From assembly GCA_905178155.1 (NCBI GenBank), contig CAJINV010000006.1:3030860-3094859 (forward strand): a stretch of 64,000 nt of DNA. The letters are read 5' to 3'. The stretch is from Amoebophrya sp. A120. Its lineage: Eukaryota; Protista; Dinoflagellata. The position numbers and the translations under genes are program-made. The notes under the pieces are model-generated. The model was given only the letters and a program-made list of their open reading frames with translations. It had not been told where the DNA came from and did no database searches. This document shows, one piece after another, positions 47,324 to 59,073 of this stretch (position 1 is the stretch's first letter; each line of letters begins with the position of its first letter).

Positions 47324-49775
47324 CATGGACCTCCACAGCACTTCCGCTTCGACGCTGGATGGCGAGAAAGAATCCCCGCAAGACACGACGCCTGCGGTGG
47401 TCCAGGCCGTGCCCGAAGGGATTGTTCTTGAAAGCACGGCATCAAATGCAAATATGTCTGGGAGGTCTGGAAGAATGCAAACTTCTCATGCATGTTTTCC
47501 ATGCGCCATGAGGTTTGGAATGCAGGACCTAGTATGACAGGTTCAGGTTCTGCGACGAGTCTATCATGCCTATCCTGCATCACAAACTGCCTCTAAACTT
47601 GTTCAAAAGTGGACAGCTTTTGGTAGTCATGCAACACGAATTCTTGTACGATCCAGACTTGGCATGACAAGTTCATCGCGTCCTCCCAGACCCAGACATA
47701 TTTGCATTTGATACACGGCCAAAAACGAAGACCACGCGGCCGCCTGTGGACGTGGAGAAGAAAATGAAATAAAGCAGCACCCGGACGAGGAGGACGGTCC
47801 TCGTACTGGAGATTACTGTACCAAAAAGGAAGTAGAGAAACATGCTCCCTTCGTCCAAGAATTCAACTCGCACAAGAAGAACCTTCTGATCTACGTGCTC
47901 CTGCCGATTCTCTGCGGAGTCATCGCGTCTTTTTTACCCGCTGATCCGGATCTGCTTGCTCCATTGGACCATCTGCAGAAGGAAGGGCAAGGGGGTGTTG
48001 CTCGGGGACGGGGTCCTCATCTCCAGCAGGAAGGCAGTAACGCATCTCCAGGAGGTGGCGGCGAATCTGGAACACCAGAGCATGATGTTGTTCATGGTGG
48101 CAGCACTGCACCTTCATTCCGGAAGATGAACCCCCTCGACGAGGTGCAGCAGATTATGCAGAACTACCGAAAGGGAAAGTCCTCTTCTTTATGAACTGCA
48201 AAAGTACTATCCTCGTAATCGTACTCGTATAAATGCATTACGAATTTCCTCAGCATGAAAAATAAAATTTGTAGTGCTGATTTGCCTTCAGGAAGAAAAT
48301 TGTCATGCAAGACTTGCATTTATACGAATACGATCACGATGCTTTTGCATTGGATACTCTTCTACCGCGGACAAATTTCCCCTTCCAGCGAGCGGGAACG
48401 TCAGGACGAACGGAAAGATACCCACGGAAATAAATATCGACCTGGGTCTGGACGAAAGTAGCAAATGTCTGTCATGCAGTTGCAGTTCTTTATTCCACAT
48501 CCGGAGATATAATCTGGCGCGCAGCTGCCGCCCAGAAGGTCTGACATGCAAGAGCCCAGCCTAGTAGAATTATCGCAGATTGACATTTATTCAAAAGAAG
48601 GTTCTTTCTCAAGGCGGGCTACTACGCATGATCATAGAGAAAGTGGCACTTTCAAGTGCTCCTTTTGATGACAGGGAATAAATAAACAAGGGCGCCTTGT
48701 TTTGCTGCCCATTGTTCACGATGGATCTTTGCGCGATCTGAAGAACAAACTTCCATCACAACGAACTGCACATGTTCATGGCGTTCTCAAACGTTACATT
48801 CTCAAGTGTTACATGGATCTGTAATGCAAGAATGGCAATAGCAAAACAAAGGGGGAAGATTGCAAAAATTGCATGACAAATCCAGCGCAGATTTAGGCGC
48901 TGTTTAGCCTTTCGCAAATTTGTCATGCAATAAAGCAGCTTGATCTTGTGGATGATGGTGGTAGTTCTGCATGACAAATTCATGCCACAGTTGAAAATGT
49001 AACGTTTGAGAACTCCATAATGTTTTATTCAGCAGACCCAGACACGACGTCGACGTTTGCAATGGACACATGAACTTGCGCTACAAATTTCCGCACGAGC
49101 GCACCGAGGCTGACCAGACCGACATCCACCCGGAGATTTTGGTATGCATTGCAAAAGTATCGTACTCGTATAAATGCATTACAAATTTCCTCAGCATGAG
49201 AAATAAAATTTGTAATGCGTATGTACCTTGAGAAAAAGATGCTCAACTTGCATTTGTACGAGTATCAGATAATTTTGCACAGGATATTTGGCCGCGTTGG
49301 ACCGCTTGGCGAATCGGTACTCCGAGGAAATTATGAACTGCAAAAGCACTGTACTAGTATAAATTGCATTACAAATTGACTTAGCATTACAAATTAAATT
49401 TGTCATGCGGATTTGCCTTCACAAAAAAATTTGTAATGCATAAACGCCATTTTTACAATTTGAATTTTTAGTACGAGTGCGATACTTTTGCAGTTCATAG
49501 AAGTGGTTTACCCAGAAGAGCATGCGGAGCTGAATCGGATGAACGAGGAGAAGACGACCGAAATGAACCCCGCTCCTTCATCATCAGGGGTCGATGAACA
49601 AGGACTCGACGTTGCAGCAGCAGATTCAACATCTTCTTCCACCCAGGGCCAAGCACAACAACACGAAGTGGTGGACGAAAGTAACTCCAATGGACAACGA
49701 GAAAATACCCACTCGGTGAGGAAGACGTTTATCCAGACGGTGCCGCGTCTTGTTGTGGAGGAAGACTCTTACTAG
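47324..49775 (+). CDS. Hypothetical single-pass membrane protein; 5 introners (one containing a nested element); 5' structure unresolved
   Basis: LLIYVLLPILCGVIASFL TM segment; frame continuous from ~47770 to 49775 after element removal. Confidence 0.6.
47440..47713. mobile_element. Introner family B (274 bp), starts CAT
   Basis: B-type TIRs; DR cacgg. Confidence 0.9.
48190..48356. mobile_element. Introner family A (167 bp)
   Basis: A-type TIRs; DR ttctt/ctctt. Confidence 0.9.
48419..49068. mobile_element. Degenerate family B introner hosting a nested H element
   Basis: ctgggtctgga ... cagacccagaca relic TIRs; DR aaaga/catga; frame restored (GK|NLRYKFP). Confidence 0.72.
48777..49019. mobile_element. 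Family H element nested in the B relic (243 bp)
   Basis: H-type TIRs, opposite orientation to 28167; DR atgtt. Confidence 0.92.
49143..49286. mobile_element. Introner family A (144 bp)
   Basis: A-type TIRs; DR tttgg. Confidence 0.92.
49332..49499. mobile_element. Introner family A (168 bp)
   Basis: A-type TIRs; DR gaaat/gaagt. Confidence 0.9.
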
Positions 49776-50462
49776 GACAATGGCGCGTTCATCTCACGTT
49801 ACAACAAGAAGCCACGAGAGCAGATCCACATCATTGCTTATCCAAATGTTAACTTACTATAGCCGGATGACAACTGTGTCTGTGAGCCGGGAAAAAATCA
49901 TGGAAATTGAATATAGCGAGTTCTTGCCCGCCTATGCTGGAGATAGACCGTCCAGCATGGAGCAACTCGCTGTGCATCTTCACTTGCAGTCCAGTAGAGA
50001 CCATACATAAGTACTTCTTGTGTAATGTGTTCTGTTCATCCGCCGGCGCAGCCCTTCTGTCACCAAGACGTAGCTTGCACAGAACATCCTAAGTGTTGGC
50101 AACATCGTCCTGATCTATTGCCAGACCGGTTTCAACATATCACAGCTACGTGTCTTTCGTCGTGTGCCATGATCCTGTTTTGCTGGTCGTGTCTTCCGCA
50201 GAATTTGGTACTATTGCTGTCGTGTGGTCTTCTTCCGAACAAGTTGTCAAGATAACCACGGTAGAGGAATAAATTCGAACGATGGGAGGTCTAGAGTTCC
50301 TGGGCAGCAGGAAGATCAGCGATAAGTACTTTGGGGGACGACTTGCTTTTTTTTTCCCGCCTTTTGCGCTCGTCGGAAACATAAGTGATGGTTGGGAATT
50401 CATATCTAGATCAGAAGTGTTGAAAAGATAGCTGCTGCTGGTCGGGAAAAATCAAACTTATA

Positions 50463-53400
50463 ATGCTGTCCCCGCAGGGGCACGGCCGTGGGCAGCGCTA
50501 CAACTTTCGCGTGCGGCGGAAAGATGTTGATTACCTGCGCGCTCATCTTTCGTGTGGAGCCGGCGGAACAAAAGCGGCACGTCGTCCTCTCCACGTTTCT
50601 TCGAGCCTCAGTAGTTGTGCTCTGGCCCGGTGTTTGCTTTTTGTTCTCTTACAGTTATTCATCTCGTGTACCACGACACCTGTTTCAGCCCTAATTGAGC
50701 CGGTTTCTTTTCCGGCCGAGGGTGTGCAGGACTACTGGACCTTGCTGCTTTATGACGTGGGGCTGCACGCGGGAGCGAAAATTCGCATAAAGTTGTATCC
50801 TGTGTAAAAACGACGTCCACACCCCACCGCCAAGTTGGGAAGTCTGCAACAAGAAATCTAGAAGTTTTGGGAGTCTTCACGCATGAAAAGTTCTTTCTCT
50901 CGGTATTGTAGTTGTACAGGTTAGAAGCTGCAAGGACACCCGCATCGCGTCGAATCGGTCTCCGTAGCCTGCTTCCAGCATTGCAAACGCGAACACACGA
51001 TCGAAGTAGGCTTCTCTTATGGGGATGCGCATTTTTAGAAGCATTCCTGTAATTGCAAATCTGCATGACAACTCTGGGATGGGGACGTTTACGTTTTTGA
51101 ACAGGATAAGCTGGAGTCCGAGAACAGCCTGAACAGCGAGGACGCAGAAAGTAGCAACTGCTACTTGCTACTCGTGACCCACGAGCAGTGGTCGAAGTGG
51201 AACAATGAAAGCAACGAGCCTTTTATCCAAGAAAAAAACTGTGTTAGTGTAACTTTGTGTTGCAGAAAATGCAAAACTGTTACTCTTGTCATGCTGGACA
51301 TGCATCAGAGGCAACTTTCGTACGTGTTTCCACGTTCTAGCTGCGCATGACAGGTTTTCTGTGTCATGCAGAGCAAACTTGTGATGCTATTCCTCCAAGA
51401 GACTTACACTCACACACTTTTTTTCCTGCACACGTTTCTCCCTGCCCGAGGGACAACTGAATTCATACCTGCAGACCACCTGGCGCAAGCCGCTGAAGTT
51501 GAGTAGCCGGACAAACAAGGACCCATCGATCGCCATCAAAAACGAGTTTCTTTTCCACCTCCCGAAGACCGCGGGGCGCGGGAGTAGGCTACAGGCAAAC
51601 CGGTACCATTTGGGGATTCTCAACCCGGACAAGAAAATCTTGAAGCTCAAGCATCAAAAGGAAAAATCCCCCCTCCCTACTTATATCGAAAAGGAAATCT
51701 GTGATGCTGGATTTGCGTACACAAATCAGATTTGTCTTGCAGTAGAGGACTGCACGCAGATCGCCCGCCTAGTTAGGGGCCTTTTGGTGTAGGCGCCTAG
51801 CATGGTGGACGGCTGTCCTGTAATCCTGACAGCATTACAAATCACCCGCATAGAGTGGCGAAGAGCCTGGATTTGCCTCCTCGCAAGACAGACAGGATTT
51901 GTGGCCACAAATCTGCATAACAAATTTTCGGAGGCATACCTTTTCGATGTGGGGAGGGGGGATTTTTCCTCTCAATATCAAGGGCTACGTAGAGATGCGC
52001 AATCCGGTCACTGTGCCAGCAGCGGAAAATATCCAAGAACAAAACACTGCACGGTGTAACTTTTTTGGAGGAACAGCCTTGCAAATTTGCCTGGCATGAC
52101 AGCAAAAACCTGGAATGCGCAGATACCATAGTACGTGAAAACGCCCTTTAATGGACCCTGCGATGCATGCTAAGCATGACAGAGACAGACGCAATCATCT
52201 TGCATGTGGAGCATCACGAATTTACACTAGCAACGTTTTTTTCTTGGATAGAAAAGGCTCTACTTGCCGGTCGGGAGATGAAATTATCGCTGGTGTCCTC
52301 TTCTCGTCCCGCTTACAGTCTTGTTGATGACCCGTCAAGTACATCAACATCCTCTCAAGGCACGAGCACGACGGCCGCGGGGCTCTTCGGTACTACACCG
52401 CTCGTCGTCGCGAGGGAGATGACAAAGAACAGGAACAACCCCACGTATGAACTGCAAAAGTATCGTACTCGTATAAATGCATTGCAAATTTTCTCAGCAT
52501 GAGAAATAAAATTTGTAATGCTGATTTGCGTTGACAAAGAAAGTTGTAATGCAAGACCTGCATTTATACGAGTACGATACTTTTGCACAGGATACCACGG
52601 GCGCGCTGACCATCCAGCAGGAGCTGCTATGAAAGTGAAAAAAGCCCCCACCTCATATTCAAAAGACAATTCCTGTTGCTGGATTTGTGTACACAAATGA
52701 ACTTTGTATTGCCGCAAGAGCTCCTTGGCGGCATACTTATTCTAAGACCATTTGGAGGGTACAACTCTTCCGGCTACCAGCTGAGCACGAGAAACAAGTC
52801 CGACGTAGGCGAACACGCATGACAGACTCGCTGCACAATGCGCCACATGGAGGCCGTTTGCCTGTACGCAAGACAAAGCAGATTTGTGGTCACAAATCAG
52901 CAACACAAATTTGCTTTTTGATATGGGGAGGGGAGATTTTTCCTCACAATAGTTGCTGCCCAAGGTGTTCCAGACCTGGCAGTACGTAAACGCGTGCACG
53001 GGGCTGTTCTATAACACGCTCAGGTGTTACTAGAATGTCAAACGTTACAATAGCGTCTGGAACTTGTCTTGCATGATAAGCATGACAGAATCGTAGAGCA
53101 TTCCAAATTGTGCAATACAAATTTCCACAGATGCTTCTAGTGCGGTTTGGTTTCTCCGAAACTTGTCATGCGCAATCCTGCGGGACGAGTCGGAGTAGGC
53201 CTCCAGATGTTGCGCATTTATATATTGCAACACAAATTCAGATTCTATGGTAACCGATTTGAGATTGTAACACCTGAGCTGGTTATATGTTCCTTTTCCT
53301 TCTTATGGGGGCGTCAGGATTGAAATCGTCAGAGTTGAAATAGTTTGCCATGCATAAAATGCAGCCCACAAAGTGCCTGTCTTGCAGAGTAGGCAAGTGA

Positions 53401-56400
53401 GGCAGATTGTAAGCCTGTTGAGGGGTAGAAACTGAGCTGCTAAAGCAGCATGACAAAAGACGTCTTCCTTACCCAAACAGCATGAGAGACTGGATTTCGG
53501 GGCTACCCAAATTTGTCATGCGCCACTTGGAAACTGGGCTCCAACTGGCATCCGTTTTATGCATCACAAATTATTTCAACTTTGACGATTTCAATCCTGA
53601 CACTACCATACTTCTTTTCAGCACGAAGTGGCGGTTTTCGGACCAGTATCCTGTGCAAAAGCATCGCACTCGTAGTAATTGCGTTTATGCATTACAAATT
53701 TCTTTCTCAAGGCAAATCAGCATTACAAACTGAATTTGTAATGCTGGGGGAATTTGTAATGCAATTTCTACTACTACGATACAGTACTTTTGCAGTTCAT
53801 AACCAGCTGATCCGAAATGATCAGAGCGGTCTATCCGGTGCAAAAGTATCGTACTCGTATTGCAATCATGCATTACAAATCCTTTTGCTACGGTAAATCT
53901 GCATTACAAACGGACAAAAATCTATGGAGAAACATCATCAGCGGCATTAGTTACGGCACAGCAAGATCATCATCATCATCTTCTTTTTCTTCTACATCCT
54001 CTACATCTCTATTTCCAGCTCGAAATACTACTACTACTACTACTACAACATCATCTTCATCTTCCTCCTCAGCAGCGATGTCGTTTCAATCAACAACAGC
54101 AAGTGATAGAATACCGATCCAGGCTTTAATGAGACTACAAGGTCGCAAAAGGATATTCTAAGGCGACAGCGCCGAGCAGAATAAATTCATCAAATCTGCA
54201 TTACAAATTTTATTTCTCATGCTGAGGAGATTTGTGATGCATTTATACGAGTACGATACTTTTGCAGGTCATACGCTCTGCAAAACGACGAAAGTATCCC
54301 AGAATACCGCCGCGCGCAGTACCTGCTGTACCGCTTTCGGGGAAACATCCCCCGAGGCTACCTGCACCTCGTGCTGACAACCGCGTTTTTTTACAAGGCC
54401 TTCTCGAACTACCTCAACGTGGTTCACTACGAATACTTGGAGCAAGACTTTGTGAAGACGCAGGCGGTATGCATTGCAAATATGTCTGGGTCCGGAATAA
54501 ACCTGTGATACTGCGCTGCGCATAATTGAAGCGCTTCCGCTTGCAATGGTAGCCAAGCATGACATGTTTTTCAGACGCCTTTTTAATGTCTAGCACGCAT
54601 TAGCATTACAAATCGCGTTTTTGCATGACATAGGAAGCTCCTCTTCCGCTGCGCATGCAACACAAATTTTCCAGGAATGCAAGACACGCATTACAGGTTC
54701 CACTTTTTCAGACCCAGACATCTTTGCATTTGATAGGCGGAGCTGGCCCGAGACCAGGAGCGCGACAGTGCGGACGGACGCATCCCGCTGTATCAACTGT
54801 AAAAATGTCTGGGTCTGGAGGAATTCATATTTGTCATGCTTGTCTGGCATGACTCTTAAATCTGTCATGCACGAAACCCAAGAGCTCCGTTATTCTGTGA
54901 TGCAGAAGCGCAGTTTGTCATGCAGAATAGGCAACACCTAGAAGGAGCTCAGAAACTTGTCATGCTGAGCCAGCATCTGTAGCCTCATCATGAGACGCCA
55001 CCCAGCATCACAAGTTTCCAGACATCCAGGGATTTTTACATTTGGTACACTGGTGCACTTGACATCCAAGGACGAACGAAAAGCCGCAAGCACTTCTTAT
55101 GCAAGAAAAAAACTGTGTAAGTGTAAGTCTGTGATGCAAAAAATGCAAAACAGGTACACTTGTCATGCCAGACACCCATGAAGTCCTCTTTTCATGTGTG
55201 TTTTCACGTACTAGCATTGCATGACAGGCTTTCTCTCTCGTGCAGAGCAAATTTGTAATGCTGGCACTCCAAGAGACCTACACTAACACAGTTTTTTCCC
55301 TGGATACTTCTACTTTTTCATCTAAGCCTGAAGCAGACTATAGCAATGCCCCGGATGAACATAGTTCCAACATCGCACTCCAGATTTCCGAAACCGCGGT
55401 ATTGTTCCAGAAATTTCTCTTCGACTTTGTCCCCAAACTGTTTGAAAAGATCGAGACGATTGTGGAACTCGAGATTTTGTTGTTGTTATCGCAAGAAAAA
55501 ACTGCTTCACTGTGAACTTGTGATGCAGAAAATGGAATGCAGAACGATTTGCCTTGCTACACCTGCATAGAACAACACTGGAGTTTCAACCCGCGCATGG
55601 CAAGTTTTCTTTGTCATGTAGAACGAACTTGTGATGCGAAACTCGCAAAATCGTTACAGTGAAAGAACACTTTTTTCTCACGATAGTTGTTTGCCCTGGG
55701 TTGGAAGATTCTGCGGCGACGGCTGAATATGACAGAAATTCGATTTCTGCTCGGGATCGGCGTAATTAGTTTCTACCTGGCGATTTTTGTATCAAGTGTA
55801 AAAATGTCTGGCTCTGGAAGAATGCAAGATTTGCCATGCATATTTTGCATAACCCATGATGCCTGTAATGCATGACCGAGCATCACAGATTTTTAAAGGG
55901 CCTCCTGATGCGTATTCCGCATGAGAAACGCCCAGTCCGCGTAGCACAAACTGCACTCCTCTTGCTGGTCATGCAATACAGATTTTTTTTACCTTCCAAA
56001 GACAGCATCACAAGTTGCAATGTTCCAGACCCAGACATTTTTGCATATTGATACTTTGAGCTCACGTGCCAAACCACGAGCACCCTATCCACTGCAGAAG
56101 TATCTGATACTCGTATAAATGCAAGTTTGGCATTACAAATCTCGTTTCCGAGGCAAATCAGCATGACAAATTGCATTTCTACTCATGCTGAGCGAGAATG
56201 TAATGTAATCCATACTAGTACGACACTTTTGCAGTTCATACACCTGCTCGGGCTACAAGCTGTCGCGGGACATTCTGCACAGCCTCGCTTTTTTGGTGAT
56301 CATCGTGGCGGTAAACTTCAACCTGCACTCGCTGGGGATTCTATCAAATGCAAAAATGTCTGGGTCTGGAAAGCTGTGATGCTGAGTTGTGCATGATTGA

Positions 56401-58261
56401 AGCGCGTTCAAAGGCAGCCAAGCATGACAAGTTCTTCAGACGCCTGCTGATGCCTAGCACGCATTACAAATTACGTTTTTGCATGACAAAGGAAGCCCCT
56501 CTTTTGCTGCCCATGCAACACAGATTTTCCACGAATGCAAGACACGCATTACAAGTTCCACTTTTCCAGACCCAGACACTTTTGCATTTGATAGATTCAA
56601 GTAAGCGACAACACGGTCACCTCCGTCCTCAACGCCTACGGGCCGGGCAACCCTGTCCCGGAGCTGCCGCGGTTGTATATGCATTGCAAAAGTATCGACT
56701 AGTGCTTGTAGTAATCGCATTACAAATTAGCGCAGCATGATGACAAATGGAATTTCTCATGCTGATTCACCTTGGGAACGAGATCTGTAATGCATGACTG
56801 CGATCAGAAGTACGAGCGCGATGCTTGCTTTTGCGCAGGATATTCCACCGAAAGCGGCAAATGTACTGGCAGCTCCGGGTGATTTTTCTGTACTACTATC
56901 AGAATGAAGAATCCCCCCTCCCCATATCAAAACGAGTTTTCTGATGCTGGATTTGCGTACACAAATCAGATTTGTCTTGCTGGCGAGGACAGAAGACCCA
57001 TAATATCGAGCCTGAGGAGACAGGTTTTGGCCTTGGCGCTTTGCATGACAGACGTCCACACTGTAGGCGCAAGAGCATGACAAACCGCCCTTAGAACGCG
57101 GCGGAGCCTGTGGAATTGGAATTGCCTTCATGCAACACAGAGACGATCTGTGGTCACAAATCAGCAACGCAAACTTTCGAAAACGTGCCTTGTCAATTTG
57201 GGGAGACGGGATTTTTCCTTTTGATAACTACCTGCTACTGCCCACGGTGTTGCTGTTCCTCTCCATCACAGTCATCGGCGGGGGGACGTATGACACCGGC
57301 GGCGTGAACAGCTCGGACTGGCAGAGCTACTGGATTTACGTGGCCTTGAAGGAGTTCGGGTCTTGGCTGCTTCTGGCAATGCTGGCGTACAGTTTTCGGC
57401 CGGACGGATCAAAATTCATGATTTTCTCGGAGGTGGTGAATGAAGAGAATAACGGCACGGCCGGCTTGAATAGCGAAGACGATTCGGAAGCGGGGGAGGA
57501 ATTCGAGCAACAAGAGGGAGTTCTAGAAACTGCGCCAGCAACAAATATATGAAATGCAAAAGCATCGTACCAGTATGAATTGCAATACAAATTGGTATTG
57601 GCTCAGCATTACAAATTGAATTTGTAATGCGGATTTGCCCTGACAAAAAAATTTGTAATGCATAAACGCAATTAGTACGAGTACGATACTTTTGCACAGG
57701 ATAAAATACAAATACAGCCGTCGCATCCAATGGAGGACGAGACCACCACCAACCGGCAGGAGGGTCATCTACTATCGTGAAAAAAAAAGTGTTACAGTTA
57801 CACACCCTAATGGGGGACAAGCAAGACAGACTACCTCTGTCATGCAGGAAATGCTTGCCAGCCTCATTTCATTCGTGTTTTCCTTTATAGTCTGCGAACC
57901 TTCACAGGTTTTTTTGGTTTTCTTAGCCATGTCGAGCAATTTACTTTGTGATGCAGAAACTCCAACAACTGTGTAACTGTAACGCTTTTTTCGTTCGATA
58001 TCTACGTCTAGTAGAAGAGTAGTCGAGGGGACGGTTGTTGACCCTTTTCCAGCGGACTCGTTCTCATTATGCTCTGCAAAAGTATCGTACTCGTACTCGT
58101 AGTAATCGCTGTTATGCATGACAAATCTCGTTACTGAGGTACTAAAACAGCATTACAAATTTCATTTGTAATGCTAAGCCAATTTGTGATGCAATTACTG
58201 CTAGTAAGTACGATGCTTTTGCAGTTCATGCTCATCTACCGCGAACTACGATGCGGAGTGA
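50463..58261 (+). CDS. GOST-family seven-transmembrane protein (GPR107/GPR108/GPR180-like); 22 introners
   Basis: Signal peptide, luminal domain ending GYVEMRNP, LTIQQELLPKVF, HLVLTTAFFYK, ILLLFALGWKILRRRL, FLYYLLLP, LAYSFRP; one open frame after removing all 22 elements. Confidence 0.85.
50796..51108. mobile_element. Introner family E (313 bp)
   Basis: E-type TIRs; DR agttg/agctg. Confidence 0.9.
51224..51432. mobile_element. Introner family C (209 bp), ends ACA
   Basis: C-type TIRs; DR ccttt/cgttt. Confidence 0.9.
51652..51977. mobile_element. Introner family I (326 bp)
   Basis: catcaaaaggaaaaatccccc...gggggatttttcctctcaata; DR tcaag. Confidence 0.9.
52030..52250. mobile_element. Introner family C, diverged (221 bp)
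   Basis: tatccaagaa...ttcttggata; DR gaaaa. Confidence 0.88.
52446..52594. mobile_element. Introner family A (149 bp)
   Basis: A-type TIRs; DR ccacg. Confidence 0.93.
52628..52951. mobile_element. Introner family I (324 bp)
   Basis: I-type TIRs; DR gctgc/gttgc. Confidence 0.88.
53010..53287. mobile_element. Introner family G (278 bp)
   Basis: G-type TIRs; DR tgttc. Confidence 0.9.
53304..53610. mobile_element. Introner family J (307 bp)
   Basis: tatgggggcgtcaggattgaaatcgtca...tgacgatttcaatcctgacactaccata; DR cttct. Confidence 0.92.
53647..53801. mobile_element. Introner family A (155 bp)
   Basis: A-type TIRs; DR accag. Confidence 0.92.
53832..54273. mobile_element. Introner family A with ~280-bp internal insert (442 bp)
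   Basis: DR cggtc/cgctc; insert 53911-54191 flanked by 16-bp duplication aaatctgcattacaaa. Confidence 0.88.
54468..54735. mobile_element. Introner family B (268 bp), absent in duplicate copy
   Basis: B-type TIRs; DR ggcgg. Confidence 0.92.
54791..55047. mobile_element. Introner family B (257 bp), absent in duplicate copy
   Basis: B-type TIRs; DR cgctg/cactg. Confidence 0.88.
55098..55306. mobile_element. Introner family C (209 bp)
   Basis: C-type TIRs; DR cttct. Confidence 0.92.
55487..55685. mobile_element. Introner family F (199 bp), absent in duplicate copy
   Basis: F-type TIRs; DR gttgt. Confidence 0.92.
55790..56053. mobile_element. Introner family B (264 bp), absent in duplicate copy
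   Basis: B-type TIRs; DR ttttg/ctttg. Confidence 0.92.
56086..56240. mobile_element. Introner family A (155 bp)
   Basis: A-type TIRs; DR caccc/cacct. Confidence 0.9.
56342..56593. mobile_element. Introner family B (252 bp)
   Basis: B-type TIRs; DR gattc. Confidence 0.93.
56678..56842. mobile_element. Introner family A (165 bp)
   Basis: A-type TIRs; decayed DR ttgta/ttcca. Confidence 0.85.
56897..57226. mobile_element. Introner family I (330 bp)
   Basis: I-type TIRs; DR actac. Confidence 0.9.
57548..57703. mobile_element. Introner family A (156 bp)
   Basis: A-type TIRs; DR aaata. Confidence 0.92.
57773..58000. mobile_element. Introner family K (228 bp)
   Basis: tatcgtgaaaaaaaaagtgttacagttacaca...tgtgtaactgtaacgcttttttcgttcgata; DR tctac. 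Confidence 0.92.
58068..58230. mobile_element. Introner family A (163 bp), ends ATG
   Basis: A-type TIRs; DR ctcat. Confidence 0.9.
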
Positions 58262-59073
58262 CAAATCATGCCACTCCATCTTCTGTCGTGATGTGGCCTC
58301 CTATGCCTCTTGATCCTGGAAAAAGTTGCAGCAGTGATATAGAATCGAAAACTGTTCGTGCTGAACATCATGACTGTACGTAAAATTTTTTTGACGATGC
58401 AGGGCCTATTTCAGGCTGAATTTTTGGTCTTGTATGTTGCCGTCCTCCACCACCCGTAAGGGCTGCGCTTGCCGCGTTACTATTTTTGCTACATGAACAT
58501 CAATGGCGCTGCTGAAGCTGATCACGATATTGCGTGCCGTAGGGGACGTTGAAAGCGAACGGAATAGGGCATCTTCGTGTCGTGGTGTGTTCAACGTTGT
58601 ACTAGTCTGTCAAAAGTACTGTCATTGCTTGGGTGGGTAGCAACAGCTACAAGAACTTAACTGGATTGAAGATGTTGAGGGGTAAACAAGAGGTTTTTGT
58701 ACTGCTACTGGGCTAAAAGTTGTACTTAAAACGAGAAGGAACTATACGTGGTGATGTCTTCAGTCTAAGCACGTGGGAGGATCTATCAGAAGGGGTAAGA
58801 AGTACTAGCAACAGGAGTATTAACAGCAGGGATAAATAAAAAGCCACCACCAGCTCTAAACTTAGATGATGATGATCAAAGTACAGAAATAGAACCGTGC
58901 TGTGTGTTGTTGTTTTTGCTTCTTCTTGTTTCATGATCGATAAGTTCATTCGTTACGTCGATGTCATGTCGAAGTCATAGATGGAATAAAGGTATGTAGG
59001 ATTGAAGTCGTGACACACAACGACCGTTAATTGAAGTACATTCGCTGTAGTTCTACCAAATAAGCAGAAAAAA

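Noticed and set aside
50463-58261. Nucleosome-linker phasing of insertion sites as described for algal introners
   Set aside because: Inter-element exons are often 16-100 nt with no visible ~150-200-bp periodicity; a genome-wide test would be needed.
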